The notes: a model not told the origin generated them from the letters alone. Shown: positions 40,728 through 51,455, numbered from the stretch's first letter. The stretch: DNA of 64,000 bases from Planctomycetota bacterium (GCA_052034525.1 JBPOIK010000112.1:29874-93873), one strand, 5' to 3'. Numbers and translations: made by a program.

Positions 40728-41115
40728 AAATCACACTCCTTCCGGTCAGGGCGTTTCGAGTCGGATTAGTGTAGGGGCGGGGGTGGGGGAATTCCAATAC
40801 CGGCCGGGTCCGGGGCTTGACACGGGGGTGGCGTCGGGGCGGCCGGGAGAGTAAAAAAACAGGCCGCGGGGGAGGCATCGGCGGTCCTTCCGCGCGGGCG
40901 GCGAAGCTCCGGTGACAACGCTGGGAGTGTACGGGCCGGAAGTCGTGCCCGCGCGTCGGCGGGACCGGGCGCGGACCGTTTGCCCCCGGCGCGGCAGATT
41001 CAGGTGTGTTCGGTGGGCAGCGCAGCGGAGCGTGCGGAACCGGAGGGCGGTCTTCTGCACGTCGAGCGGCGGCGGCTCTGCGGAACCTCGGAACCAGGAC
41101 AATTCGAGGAAAGGC

Positions 41116-42030
41116 ATGGCGGGCACAAAGAGTTGGGACCTGGGCTATGGCTGGGTGGCGGTGCTTTTTCTTCTGATCGCAATTGCAACCACGATGCTGA
41201 CCCGGCCTGTCCTGCGAAAACAGGCGATCGGACGGTTGTGGATCGCATGGAGCACGCTGCTGATCGGATCGTGCCTGGCGCTGGGATTGGCGAATATGGA
41301 ACTGCTGAACCGGGCGACGCAGGAAAACCAGGTCATCGAGTGGATCACGGTGATCTGCCTGTTTGCCGCGGCGTGCGTTGCCTTCATCAGCGCCGTGTAC
41401 GCACATCGGCGGGGGCAGCCGTCCCCGGTGACGGTGTTCCTGGCAACCGGTTTCGCCTGGGGATTCGTGCGAGAGCTGGAATACTTCGGCAACCTGCTCG
41501 ACCGCGGCCGGTTCTATTTCTCGCGCAACGTATTTCAGCCGCAGTCGTACCTGGGAGTGTCATTCTTTGAGAATTTCCGGCAGCTCAAAGGCCTGTCCTA
41601 TGACGCGCACACGCTGTACTGGTCTCATCTGGGCTGTACCGCCCTGGGCGTGGTCATCCTGGTGTTGCTCGCGACGTATTTCGTTCGACATCGCACGACG
41701 GCCCGGGCGGAACTGAGGGCTTTTGTGAGCGCGTTCCACCATCGGCTCTTCCTGCTCGGCGTGGGCCTCTATATCTGCGCGGAGCTTCTGGGCGGCACTC
41801 TGCACCGTCTTCCAAGGTGGGGCGTCCGGAGTTTTGACGGCAACCTGTATCATCGCATCGTGGAAGAGTCGTTGGAGTGCTGGGGGGCCATCACGTTCCT
41901 GCTGTGTGCGGCGGCCCTGTGGCAGAAGGTGCGAATTATCCGAACGCAACCCCGATCCGCGAGCCGGGAGACGGTGGCGGCGGAACCCTGCTCCTTCCCG
42001 CATGCGGAGACGACGGCGCGGACTTCCTGA
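41116..42030 (+). CDS. Hypothetical polytopic membrane protein
   Basis: ATG 41116 (GAGGAAAGG upstream) gives MAGTKSWDLGYGWVAVLFLLIAIATTML. Several TM segments. I recognise no family. The track start 40912 adds an Arg-rich, non-protein-like extension. Confidence 0.7.
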   Translation: MAGTKSWDLGYGWVAVLFLLIAIATTMLTRPVLRKQAIGRLWIAWSTLLIGSCLALGLANMELLNRATQENQVIEWITVICLFAAACVAFISAVYAHRRGQPSPVTVFLATGFAWGFVRELEYFGNLLDRGRFYFSRNVFQPQSYLGVSFFENFRQLKGLSYDAHTLYWSHLGCTALGVVILVLLATYFVRHRTTARAELRAFVSAFHHRLFLLGVGLYICAELLGGTLHRLPRWGVRSFDGNLYHRIVEESLECWGAITFLLCAAALWQKVRIIRTQPRSASRETVAAEPCSFPHAETTARTS

Positions 42031-42070
42031 CCTTCGGCCGTCCCTCCGCGACAGACCTGCTCAGAGCGCC

Positions 42071-44857
42071 TCACGTGCCGGTTCCGGCCGGGCCCGGAGC
42101 TGCGTACAGGATTTCGATCTCCATCCGTCCGGGCTGACAGGGAATTCGCAACGGTTGGGCCGTGTCCGCCTCCACAACTGTTCCATTCACGCGCACCTGG
42201 GTCGGGCGAGCGTCGTCCGGATGTCGCATGGCCAAGCGAATGGTCCGCGGCGGGATTCGTTGCGGCGGGTCCAGGCGGATCCGCGTCTTTCGACCGCCTT
42301 CCAGGGCTTCGAGGACGAACGACACGGCGCCGAAGCCGGTCGGTGCGTTGCGAACATCGATTGCCTTTCCCGGCGCCAGCCAGTGCTTGGGAACGCCGCG
42401 TCCGATGACGAGTTCGTCGCCTTCCTCCTGCACGATCATGTTTCGCAGGAGCCGCAGTTGTTGGGTGCCGGAGTAGAGGTGTGGCGTGGTCGGGGTCGGC
42501 TGGCCCGTCATGATCTGGGTGACTTCGACGCCGCAATACGTGTCCCGGCCCATGCCGCAGGCAAGCGTGCCGTAGAAGCCCAGCAATACCCGTTCGATCT
42601 CCTCCCGGCGCAGACAATTGAGCCAGTAGCCGTAGGTGTAGGCGTGATCCACCCCGTCGTCGAACGCACACATGCCGAGAGTCAACCCGCCCCGTTTCTC
42701 CAGTCCGTGAACCAGCAGCATGGCTAATGGGTCCCGGGGATCCAGCCATTCGGTCTCCAGGAGCATGGAGGCGACCAGGCCGTAATAGCCGCCGGTGCGA
42801 TACTGATTCGCCACCAGGTGGCGCCGGGTGTCCGGTTCCATCGGGAGCAGTCGTACGCCGTCGTGTTCGAAGGCAGCCGCCTTCATGGAGGCCAGAATGT
42901 CGCGACGATACGCGGCCGCCGCCTCCGCGAACCGCCGGGCGTCCTGCCGCAGGCCGGCGTCGACCAGCACCCGGGCGGCGCACTCCAGTCCCGCGCAGCA
43001 ATAGACATCGCCCAGGTAGCTGAACGTCGGATCCGGATGATCGGCATAGGGCGCAAATCGAATGAGGCCGTGAACAAGCGTCGGCTGGTCTGCGGCCGGC
43101 GTTTTCTCCCGCGCGGCCAGGGTCCAGTCGCCCATGCGGACCAGCGTTGGCGCCACGGATTTCAGATAGTCCAGGTCTCCGGTCAGTCGATAATGCTCGC
43201 TCAGGGCCAGCATGAGGCTTCCGTGGTCGGGCAAGCCGTAATTGACGCAGAAGAGCCCGTCGTCGCGAAGCAGGGCGAGCAGCGACCGCAGATACCGTTC
43301 CGCGTCCGGGTGATACCCCCAGAGATCCAGGGCATGGCAATACAGGGCCGCGCTGTATCCGAACACGTTTTCGTAAAACCCGGCTCCGTCGTGCGGCTCG
43401 TACAGATCGCCGTTCTTGTCGACATTCAGGAAGTTGTAGGCCAGCCAGGCACGCCAGGCGTCGTTGACCCGTTGCTCCGGCACGTTGACCGTCATGCCGC
43501 GGTCCGCCAATTCCGACCAGACGCGCCGCACGTCCTCCAGACGCCGGTCGAACTCCTCCGCGTCCACTTCGCCGGCAGAACCGCGCGCCAGCGGCGAGGG
43601 AATCCGGCACTGAATCATCGCCATGCCGTGGGCCGGCGCCTTCAGGTGGCGATCCAGGGGTGAGGATTCCCCGGCCTTGGTCTTGATCCGAAGGAGCACC
43701 GGCACCGTCGCCTCGTTCGGATCGCGGTTGTGGACTTCCAGCCGCACGAATGCCCACAGGGGCTTGTCCGGACTCATGTCTTCGGACCAGCCGAACACGG
43801 TCTGCCGATACCGCAGTCCGTTATTCTCCCACGTGCTCGTGACGACGGGCAGCCATCCGCCATGCAACTCCTTGCGGCATCCACCCGTTCCGAAGCGGGC
43901 GGGCGGCGACCCCGCCTCGAACCACGCCGTGTCGCCCGTTTGCTCCCAGAGATCCGAGTCGTCGGCAAGCTGGACAGTCCCGTCGTACTCGACGCCGATC
44001 TCGTAGGGATGGTCCTTGACACCGACCACCTCGCGCGGTTCGGCCAGGGCGGGCAGGCGTCCGGCCACTGCGTCAAAGGTCGGATCGCCCGGCAGTCTGA
44101 GAATGGCCTGCCCGAGCGGGTCTGCCAGCGCCTCGGCGCGGGACCGTGCTTCTTCCGGCGTCATTCGCATGCGATCGGCGGCAGTGGGTTCGACCCGCAC
44201 GTCGCGGATTCGTGAGATGGCCGGTTGACCGCGTTCTCCGTAGTCGGCGTTCAGCGTGCCGCTGGACTCGTCCAGGCCGTAGCCTTTGCCGACGATCAGA
44301 AGCCGGGGCGGTCCGAGGAGGCGGTCTGGACGGGGCTCGCAGCGCTCCGTTTGCCATCCGTGGCCGTCCGGATTTGTGAGGAATCGCACACAGTCCATTC
44401 CCAATTCGATCCCGACGGGCTGCCAGTCGGCGAACGCGCAGCGGGCCAGATCGAGTTCCTGCCGCTGACCGGCCGTCGTGACGCAGGCATAGAAACGGCC
44501 CTCACCGCGCGGAATGATGCCGATCTGGCACCAGTCGCCCGGGCCCCAGTACAGGAACAGGGAAGTGGCCCAACTGATGCCTGAGCCGGCCTGTATGGCG
44601 CAGGTTGCTCGCACGTGGTCACGGTCCAGGCGGCGTTCGATGTGAGCGAACGTGTTCTCAGCGGCGGTGATTTCCAGGATTCCGTCATGCATGACAAGGG
44701 TGTTGCCTGTGGAAGCGTCGACGGTCCAGGCGGGGTCGAGGGCAGGCCCGTCAAACCGATCATGCAGGATCAGCGCCCGTTCATCCGATGCGCCTCCGTG
44801 CAAGGTGAGGGAAGCGCTTCCCGTCAACAGAATGGCCAGTATTCGCGTTCGATTCAT
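42071..44857 (-). CDS. Secreted protein: N-terminal LamG/concanavalin-like domain plus a large, possibly (alpha/alpha)6 glycoside-hydrolase-like region
   Basis: ATG 44857 (GGAG 7 nt upstream) gives the signal peptide MNRTRILAILLTGSASLTLHGGA. FDGPALDPAWTVDASTGNTLVMHDGILEI is LamG/DUF1080-like. The rest is unassigned (e.g. FYENVFGYSAALYCHALDLWGYHPDAERYLRSLL). The track's 1087-aa version is over-extended. Confidence 0.7.
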   Translation of the reverse strand: MNRTRILAILLTGSASLTLHGGASDERALILHDRFDGPALDPAWTVDASTGNTLVMHDGILEITAAENTFAHIERRLDRDHVRATCAIQAGSGISWATSLFLYWGPGDWCQIGIIPRGEGRFYACVTTAGQRQELDLARCAFADWQPVGIELGMDCVRFLTNPDGHGWQTERCEPRPDRLLGPPRLLIVGKGYGLDESSGTLNADYGERGQPAISRIRDVRVEPTAADRMRMTPEEARSRAEALADPLGQAILRLPGDPTFDAVAGRLPALAEPREVVGVKDHPYEIGVEYDGTVQLADDSDLWEQTGDTAWFEAGSPPARFGTGGCRKELHGGWLPVVTSTWENNGLRYRQTVFGWSEDMSPDKPLWAFVRLEVHNRDPNEATVPVLLRIKTKAGESSPLDRHLKAPAHGMAMIQCRIPSPLARGSAGEVDAEEFDRRLEDVRRVWSELADRGMTVNVPEQRVNDAWRAWLAYNFLNVDKNGDLYEPHDGAGFYENVFGYSAALYCHALDLWGYHPDAERYLRSLLALLRDDGLFCVNYGLPDHGSLMLALSEHYRLTGDLDYLKSVAPTLVRMGDWTLAAREKTPAADQPTLVHGLIRFAPYADHPDPTFSYLGDVYCCAGLECAARVLVDAGLRQDARRFAEAAAAYRRDILASMKAAAFEHDGVRLLPMEPDTRRHLVANQYRTGGYYGLVASMLLETEWLDPRDPLAMLLVHGLEKRGGLTLGMCAFDDGVDHAYTYGYWLNCLRREEIERVLLGFYGTLACGMGRDTYCGVEVTQIMTGQPTPTTPHLYSGTQQLRLLRNMIVQEEGDELVIGRGVPKHWLAPGKAIDVRNAPTGFGAVSFVLEALEGGRKTRIRLDPPQRIPPRTIRLAMRHPDDARPTQVRVNGTVVEADTAQPLRIPCQPGRMEIEILYAAPGPAGTGT

Positions 44858-45159
44858 TCGATTGCTCCGAATTGCCATTGCCTGGCGTCGAGCTGACCGT
44901 GTCGGCGCGAGAGTGCTTCCTCCGGTATGACGGCACCGCGTCACTGCGGCTGGTCGTGCCGTCCGGGCGCCGACGTGCTGAGTTCCGGTCATCCCATTGC
45001 GGTCAGACCTGGCTATCTGCGCAAAGCGGATGCCCCGTCTGATCCCGCATGAAATGCCCTGTGACGCCGACCGGAGACCGTTGCCCCCGTTGGTGTCCGT
45101 CCGGTTGCCTTGACAGCGCGCCCCGCCCGTGGGACTGCCGCCGACATGAGCTCGGGCGC

Positions 45160-45477
45160 TCAAGACGATTGCCGCAGCGGCCGACCAAGCTTCTTTTCGA
45201 TGCTTGCGATTTTCGCGTCCAGCCGTCCGGATGGGCCGTAACGGGCGTCGATTTTGATGGAACAGGAGACACGATGACAGTCCGCGGACATCCGGCGATA
45301 GCACTCCGTCACGACGGCCAGGCACTCGTCCCATTCGCCTTCGAGTACCGTGCCCATGGGATTCAATCGATAGGGCAGTCCACTGCGGTCGATGATGTCC
45401 AGACTGCGCGCCACGTATTCGCTGACCGACTCCCCCTTGTCCAACGGCATCATGGAGAACTCAAGCAGCACCGACAT
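45160..45477 (-). CDS. MTH1187/YkoF-family (DUF77) thiamine-binding-like protein
   Basis: AGGAGG lies upstream of ATG 45477. MSVLLEFSMMPLDKGESVSEYVARSLDIIDRSGLPYRLNPMGTVLEGEWDE. Confidence 0.85.
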   Translation of the reverse strand: MSVLLEFSMMPLDKGESVSEYVARSLDIIDRSGLPYRLNPMGTVLEGEWDECLAVVTECYRRMSADCHRVSCSIKIDARYGPSGRLDAKIASIEKKLGRPLRQSS

Positions 45478-45527
45478 AGTCGCCTCCTGCATCCCTCGAA
45501 TCTTCGATTCCGTGATTCCCTGATCCG

Positions 45528-46592
45528 TCAGATATTGAACTTGATCAGAATCACGTCCCCATCCTGCACGATATATCCCTTGCCTTCCTGACGCACCTTC
45601 CCGGCCGCTTTGGCCGCCTTGTAATCGCCGATCGCCAGCAGATCGGTGTACGCCACCGTCTCGGCTCGGATGAACCCCCGGGCCAGGTCGGTGTGGATTC
45701 GCCCGGCCGCCTCCACTGCGGTGATCCCCCTGGGTGCGCTCCACGCGCGGGCTTCGGTCGGACCGGCCGTCAGGAACGTGATGTATCCCAATGCGTCGTG
45801 GCAGGCGCGGATCAGCCGCTCTTGCGCCGGCGCGTCCAGCCCCATGTCCGCCAGGAAGACCGCCCGGTCGGCTTCTTCCAATCGGGCCATCTCCGCCTCC
45901 AGCTCGGCGGACAGGAGCACTGCCGCCCGGGCGTACGCGGGCACCGGCGGCTCCTCGTCCGCCGCGTGATCCTCCGCCACGTTGAAAACGACGATAAGCG
46001 GTTTTTCCGTAAGGAACGGAAAGCTGTTCAGCAGGCCCGCCGCTTCCGTGGTCTCCTCCAGCACGCTCGAAATCGAGCGCGAGTCCTCCAGCGCTTCCCG
46101 ACAGCGATGAAGCACCGCCAGTTCTCGCCTCTCTGCGTCGTGCCGGGTGGGCTTCTTCAACGCGGCCTCCAGCTTCTCGATGCGGTTGGTCACCGTCTCC
46201 AGATCGCCGAAGACCAGTTCTTCCCGGATTTCCACGAGGTCCGCCGACGGGTCCACCCGATTGCGATATGCCGGTACCGCGTCGCTTTCGAACGCCCGGA
46301 CCACGACGACCAGACAGTCCGTGCTGCGGATGTCCGGAAGGTGCTTGCGGAACTGTTCTCGCCCGTGCGCGTCCGCCAGCGAAAACCCAGGAAAGTCGGT
46401 GAACTCGATGTTTGCGTGTGTGATTTTTTTGGAGGCGAAAATTTTCGCCAGCGGTTTCAGGCGGCGGTCGGGAACGGGAACGGCCGCCCGCCGAAGCTGG
46501 GGGATCTGCCCGGGCACCGGTGGCATCCCGGTTGCCGCGGCAAAAAGCGTGCTTTTTCCCGATTGGGGCAGCCCGATGATCCCGCAGTTCAT
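45528..46592 (-). CDS. ychF: Ribosome-binding ATPase YchF
   Basis: MNCGIIGLPQSGKSTLF. C-terminal TGS-like GKVRQEGKGYIVQDGDVILIKFN. Confidence 0.95.
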   Translation of the reverse strand: MNCGIIGLPQSGKSTLFAAATGMPPVPGQIPQLRRAAVPVPDRRLKPLAKIFASKKITHANIEFTDFPGFSLADAHGREQFRKHLPDIRSTDCLVVVVRAFESDAVPAYRNRVDPSADLVEIREELVFGDLETVTNRIEKLEAALKKPTRHDAERRELAVLHRCREALEDSRSISSVLEETTEAAGLLNSFPFLTEKPLIVVFNVAEDHAADEEPPVPAYARAAVLLSAELEAEMARLEEADRAVFLADMGLDAPAQERLIRACHDALGYITFLTAGPTEARAWSAPRGITAVEAAGRIHTDLARGFIRAETVAYTDLLAIGDYKAAKAAGKVRQEGKGYIVQDGDVILIKFNI

Positions 46593-46807
46593 GGTGTTCC
46601 TGTTCCTCGGGCGGGCGATTGTAGGCAGCCCGGCCCTTCGGTCAAGGCAACGCCTGTCCGCCGGCGCGGGCGGCTTGCATCCGTTTGCGCTCTCGTTCGG
46701 CCTGTTCCGTGAATCGACGGCCCCGGCCGGTTGTTCGGACGGCTGGCGGCCGATACCATGCAGGCAGGGTCGTCTGGAAAGGCGGCCGAGGGTACGGCGC
46801 AGGCGAT

Positions 46808-48148
46808 ATGAACGACTGGTACGATGCAGAGCAGCGGATCGAGCGGGCCCAGCAGTTGTCCGAGTCCCGGCAGTGGGAAGACGCGCTGGTGGAGGTGGAT
46901 GCGGCGCTGCGGATCAACCCGCACAATCCGCTGTGGCACGCGCACCGCGGGTTTCTGCTGGACCAACTGGAGCGCTTCGATGAAGCCGTCACCGCGTACC
47001 AGGCCGCCCTGGACCTGGAGCCGGAGGAGCCGGAGCTGGCGCTCTCGCTGGGCATCGACCTGGCCCGCCTGGGCCGCCTCACCGAAGCACTGGCGGTGCT
47101 GTCGGACCTTGCCCGGCGCCAGCCCGACTGCGAGCCGGCGTACGCCCACCGGATCATGATGTTCGCCGAACTGGGCGAGCATCAGCGGGCCGAGGAAATG
47201 TTCTACCTCGCCCAGCAGATCGACGACGAATCACCCTACGCATTCTTCCACATGGGGGCCTCCCTGGCCATGCGGGGAGAGTATGACCGAGCCATCTATT
47301 GCTGGCGTCGCGTGCTGGAGTTGGCCCCGGACTTCCCCGGCGTGAATCAGCGAATCGGCCGGGCCTGCCGGGCCAAAGGCCAACTCGACGAGGCCCGGGC
47401 GTATTACCTGACAGAGCTTCGCCAAGATCCCGGCGACATTGAGGTTCTGATGGAACTGGGCGAACTGGAGATCCAGGCCCAGAACTTCACCCAGGCACTG
47501 GGCAAGTTTACCCAGGTCGCCGAGCTGGAGCCCACAAACGTGGCCGCCCATATGGCGGTCGGTGAGCTTCTCCTGCGTGGCGGCCAGCCCACACAGGCCG
47601 AATCCTGGCTCAAAAAGGCCCGGGAGCTCGACCCCCAATACCCCAACCTGGCCCTGCGGACCGGCCAGATGTACCTTCTGCTGGGGCGGTATGAAGAGGC
47701 CCGCTCAGAGCTGGCGTCGGCCCTGAAGGCTGATTCGGACAACCCTGTGGCGGCCATGGCCATGGGAGACTGCCTGCTCCAATTGGGCAAGCCGGGCCAG
47801 GCCGAGTGGATGTTCCGCCAGGTCATTGCCCACGACGCCAAGTCCGCTCCGGCCCACCACCATCTTGGGGTGTGCTACCTCATGCAGGGCAGATGCGACG
47901 CCGGCCTGGCCCAGTGCCAGCAGGCGATCGAACTTAAGCCGGACTACGTGACGGCCATGCACCAAGCGGCCCTGGCCTGCCTGGAATTGGGACAATGGTC
48001 GCAGGCTCGGGCCCTGCTCGACAGGGCCTTGGCCATCGAACCGCAGAACAAGGCTCTCTCCTACCTTCGGAGCCGCCTGTGGCGCAAGCGGTTGCGCAGA
48101 ACCATGCTGCGCCTTCTCGCCTGGTTCCGGCCCCCCCAATCCCGCTGA
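46808..48148 (+). CDS. TPR-repeat protein
   Basis: ATG 46808. About 10 or more 34-aa TPR units (e.g. WHAHRGFLLDQLERFDEAVTAYQAALDLEPEE). Confidence 0.85.
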   Translation: MNDWYDAEQRIERAQQLSESRQWEDALVEVDAALRINPHNPLWHAHRGFLLDQLERFDEAVTAYQAALDLEPEEPELALSLGIDLARLGRLTEALAVLSDLARRQPDCEPAYAHRIMMFAELGEHQRAEEMFYLAQQIDDESPYAFFHMGASLAMRGEYDRAIYCWRRVLELAPDFPGVNQRIGRACRAKGQLDEARAYYLTELRQDPGDIEVLMELGELEIQAQNFTQALGKFTQVAELEPTNVAAHMAVGELLLRGGQPTQAESWLKKARELDPQYPNLALRTGQMYLLLGRYEEARSELASALKADSDNPVAAMAMGDCLLQLGKPGQAEWMFRQVIAHDAKSAPAHHHLGVCYLMQGRCDAGLAQCQQAIELKPDYVTAMHQAALACLELGQWSQARALLDRALAIEPQNKALSYLRSRLWRKRLRRTMLRLLAWFRPPQSR

Positions 48149-48309
48149 CCCTGGCGCAGCCCGCTGCCGGCCGTGGGTGCGATCTGCGCAGATTCCGCGC
48201 CCTTGCACTTGACAAGAAAGATGCAACCCGGACAGTACTTTCCCCGTACAATGAGGCTGATGACGGGTGTTTGTGCACCCGGTGTTTCGCAAAAGGAGTG
48301 GCGACAACG

Positions 48310-49416
48310 ATGACCATGCGCATTTGGACGGTATTGGGCATTGTTCTCGGGCTTGTCGGACAGGCGTTGCCGGCTGGCGCGCAAAGCCAGGGCAACAATG
48401 ACGCGGAGAAGGCCCGGGAATTCGTGTACCGATCCTGGCCTGTAGATGACATGATCCGCCAGGCGGCGGAAAACGTGGCCCGACGGTACAACCTGAATCC
48501 GGAACAGACCGCTTTTACCCGCGACATGATGGCCAAGCGGGTCAACGCGTTTCTGCGGGACCACGAGGACCAGATCTGGCCCGTGGTCCGGGACATGATG
48601 CGGTATCAGAACCCGGACCGGAAAATGGACCCGCAGACGGCCCAACGTCTGGGCCGGGCGATCCGGCCGATCTTCGAGGAGGCCCAGAAGGAGATTCTGG
48701 CGGCCAACTCGGAGTGGCGAGACATTCTCAGCGACGAGCAGAAGAAACTGCACGACTACGATCGCCAGGAAATGAGCAAAACGTTCCAGGACATGGACAA
48801 GCGCTTCGCCGGCTGGGCTCGCGGCAAGGTCGGGGACGAACAGGGTATCTTCCCGGAGGACCGCCCGGATACGCCGCCGGTCAACCCTCGACAGCCCAAG
48901 CCCACCGAGATTTCCGCGTCCAAGGTGCTTGGGACCAGCCTGGAATGGTGGGACGGGTACGTGCAGGCGTTCATCGAGAATTACGAACTGGATGAAGGCC
49001 AGATCAACGCCGCCAAATCCATTCTCAAAGAGTTGAAAGAACGCGCTTCTGCGTACGAGAAAAGCCATGCCGCCGAACTGAAGGCGGTGGAGGAGAAGAT
49101 TCAGGCGGCCCGCCGGGAGAAGGACGTGAACAAGCTGGACGCCGCCATGACGGACAAACGGCAGGCCAACCAGTACAAGGTTCAGCTCTTCGAGGAGTTG
49201 AAAACACGGCTGGACACGATTCCACGACCGGCTCAGAAGCAGAAGTACGCGGAGAAGATCAAGGATTTCCGCTGGAAGAATCGTCCCGGCTTCCCCGACG
49301 AACCGGACGCCGAGACGGCCTCGAAGCCGACCTCCACGGCCCCCGCGGCTGCGGACAAGCCCGTGCCAACTACTCAACCAGCAGCGGACCCGGCCAAGGA
49401 AGCGAACAAAAAATGA
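48310..49416 (+). CDS. Secreted helical protein with LTXXQ/Spy-CpxP-like motifs (hypothetical)
   Basis: AAGGAG lies upstream of ATG 48310. Signal peptide MTMRIWTVLGIVLGLVGQALPAGAQS. Recurrent L-x-x-E-Q motifs (LNPEQTAF, LSDEQKKL, LDEGQINA). Lys/Glu-rich. Confidence 0.75.
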   Translation: MTMRIWTVLGIVLGLVGQALPAGAQSQGNNDAEKAREFVYRSWPVDDMIRQAAENVARRYNLNPEQTAFTRDMMAKRVNAFLRDHEDQIWPVVRDMMRYQNPDRKMDPQTAQRLGRAIRPIFEEAQKEILAANSEWRDILSDEQKKLHDYDRQEMSKTFQDMDKRFAGWARGKVGDEQGIFPEDRPDTPPVNPRQPKPTEISASKVLGTSLEWWDGYVQAFIENYELDEGQINAAKSILKELKERASAYEKSHAAELKAVEEKIQAARREKDVNKLDAAMTDKRQANQYKVQLFEELKTRLDTIPRPAQKQKYAEKIKDFRWKNRPGFPDEPDAETASKPTSTAPAAADKPVPTTQPAADPAKEANKK

Positions 49417-49628
49417 CGTGGCAGCCGGTCTCGGCGTGCAAACCGGCCGACGGATGATCCGCGCGCAGAGCGGTTTTCCGTGGACATGCGGATGACCTGA
49501 CATTCGTTCTGTCGGCACGACGCAGGTCCGGCCTGCGGTATCGATGTTCGAACGCCGGCCTTGTCTGCGTGTTCCATCGCCGTATGATCCGTGCGGGGGT
49601 TCCACGCGAAGCACGGAGGACCGTTATC

Positions 49629-51272
49629 GTGCGATTGATTCTCCTTCTGCCCGTCCTGTTGTTCTCATCGGCCGTCGTCGTTCTGGCGGAGCCGTCGGCA
49701 TCCCCGCCGGCCGAGGCCGGGCCTTGGATTCGCGTTAACCGCATCGGCTATCTGCCGGACGACGTCAAAATCGCCGTTCTTTCCAGCGATCGGCCTCTGG
49801 ACGGGCGGTTCTCCGTCGGCGACTTCTCCGCGGACATTGGTGCGGACAGCGGCGCGTGGGGGCCGTTTGCCCACAACTACCGCCTGGATTTTTCCCCCGT
49901 GCAGACCGCCGGCACGTACCGCGTGCGCTTTGCCGGGACGGAATCTCCGTCCTTCCGGATCGACGCCGAGGCATACCGCGACGTGCCGGGCAAGCTGCTG
50001 GAGTTCATGCGGCTCCAGCGATGCGGCGAGAATCCCGTCACCGGCCGCAAGTGTCACCAGCAGGACGCGATCGATGCCCACACCGGCCGGAAGGTTGATC
50101 TGACCGGCGGCTGGCACGATGCCGCCGATCGCATCAAGCACATCATCACCACGTCGTATTGCGTGGCCGGCCTTTTGCTGGCGGATGCGAAGGAGGAGGG
50201 GCTCTACGGCGCGGCGTTTCTGCGGAAGGTCCACCCGGACCCGGACACCCTCTACGTCCAGGTGGGTGACGACCGCGATCACGGTCCGCCCGAAGGGCTC
50301 TGGCATGAAGACGCAACCGACTACGGCCACGGCCCCGGCGGGCCGCGCGCCGCCTGGCCGGCGACCGGCAAGCCGGACGGCCCGACGTACCAGAACGCCT
50401 CGACCGGGCTGGCGAGCCTGGCCGGCCGATGCGCGGCGGCCCTGGTTCTGGCGGGCGATGTCGAGACCGCGCGATCGCTCTATCGGCTGGGCCGATCCCG
50501 GCCTGGCTGTGCGATGTCCGTGCCGGTGAAGGCTCCGCATTATTACGGAGAGAGCACCTGGTACGACGACATGGAATGGGCCGCAGCGGAGTTGTATCTC
50601 AATACGCGCGAACCGGAATACCTTACTCACGCCATCGAATACGCCCGGCAGGCCGGCGAGAACCCATGGATGGGCAAGTCGCGCCACGGCCACTACGAGT
50701 TCTTCCCGTATGTGAACCTGGCGCACTGGCGCCTGTATCCGCATGTCGATGACCAGACGCGCCAATTCCTGGCGGACGCCTACCGTGCCGGGCTGGAGCG
50801 CGTGCGCGAATTGGCCGAAAGGAACCCATATCGCCTTGGCACGCCGCTGGTCTGGTGTTCCACCAACGACGTGGTCGCGTTCGCCACGCAGGCGGTGTTG
50901 TATGAGCGGATGACCGGTGATCGCCGCTACCGGGCGCTGGCCACGGAGGCGCGGGACTGGGTTTTCGGCCGCAATCCGTGGGGCGTCTCGTTTGTGATCG
51001 GCGTGCCGCCGGAGGGCTCGGCGAGCCGGCCGCACCATCTGTTCCACAAACTCAAGAACCACTTGCCCGTCGGCGGCCTGGTGGACGGCCCGGTATACAA
51101 AGACATCAACGACGGGTTGAAGTTCGCGGATTTCGGCGACGACCCGCTGGCCCGTTTCCAGTCGGACGTCGGTGTATATCACGACTGCTATTCCGACTTC
51201 TCCACAAACGAGCCCATCATCGACGGCACGGTGTCGCTGCTGCTGTTGCTGCATGTATGGGCGGCGCGGTAG
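49629..51272 (+). CDS. GH9 glycoside hydrolase with N-terminal Ig-like (CelD_N-type) domain
   Basis: GTG 49629 has GGAGGA 8 nt upstream (track start is 49569; ATG 49584 is also possible). IRVNRIGYLPDDVKIAV (Ig-like), GGWHDAADRIKH (canonical GGWYDAGD), C-terminal STNEPIIDG. Confidence 0.85.
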   Translation: MRLILLLPVLLFSSAVVVLAEPSASPPAEAGPWIRVNRIGYLPDDVKIAVLSSDRPLDGRFSVGDFSADIGADSGAWGPFAHNYRLDFSPVQTAGTYRVRFAGTESPSFRIDAEAYRDVPGKLLEFMRLQRCGENPVTGRKCHQQDAIDAHTGRKVDLTGGWHDAADRIKHIITTSYCVAGLLLADAKEEGLYGAAFLRKVHPDPDTLYVQVGDDRDHGPPEGLWHEDATDYGHGPGGPRAAWPATGKPDGPTYQNASTGLASLAGRCAAALVLAGDVETARSLYRLGRSRPGCAMSVPVKAPHYYGESTWYDDMEWAAAELYLNTREPEYLTHAIEYARQAGENPWMGKSRHGHYEFFPYVNLAHWRLYPHVDDQTRQFLADAYRAGLERVRELAERNPYRLGTPLVWCSTNDVVAFATQAVLYERMTGDRRYRALATEARDWVFGRNPWGVSFVIGVPPEGSASRPHHLFHKLKNHLPVGGLVDGPVYKDINDGLKFADFGDDPLARFQSDVGVYHDCYSDFSTNEPIIDGTVSLLLLLHVWAAR

Positions 51273-51455
51273 GGGGGCCCGAGAGCCCGCCGACGGCGGG
51301 GAGGGCTCGTGAGCGGGTCCGGCGGTGCGCGGCCCCGAAGACTCTCCGCGGCCGATCTTTGCCCGCTTTCCGCTTCCGGACCTCTGTGCGCCAGATGACG
51401 CCCGTTCGGAGTTTGGGGCGACGGGCGGTGATCGCGAAGGAGGAACGTGTCTCCT

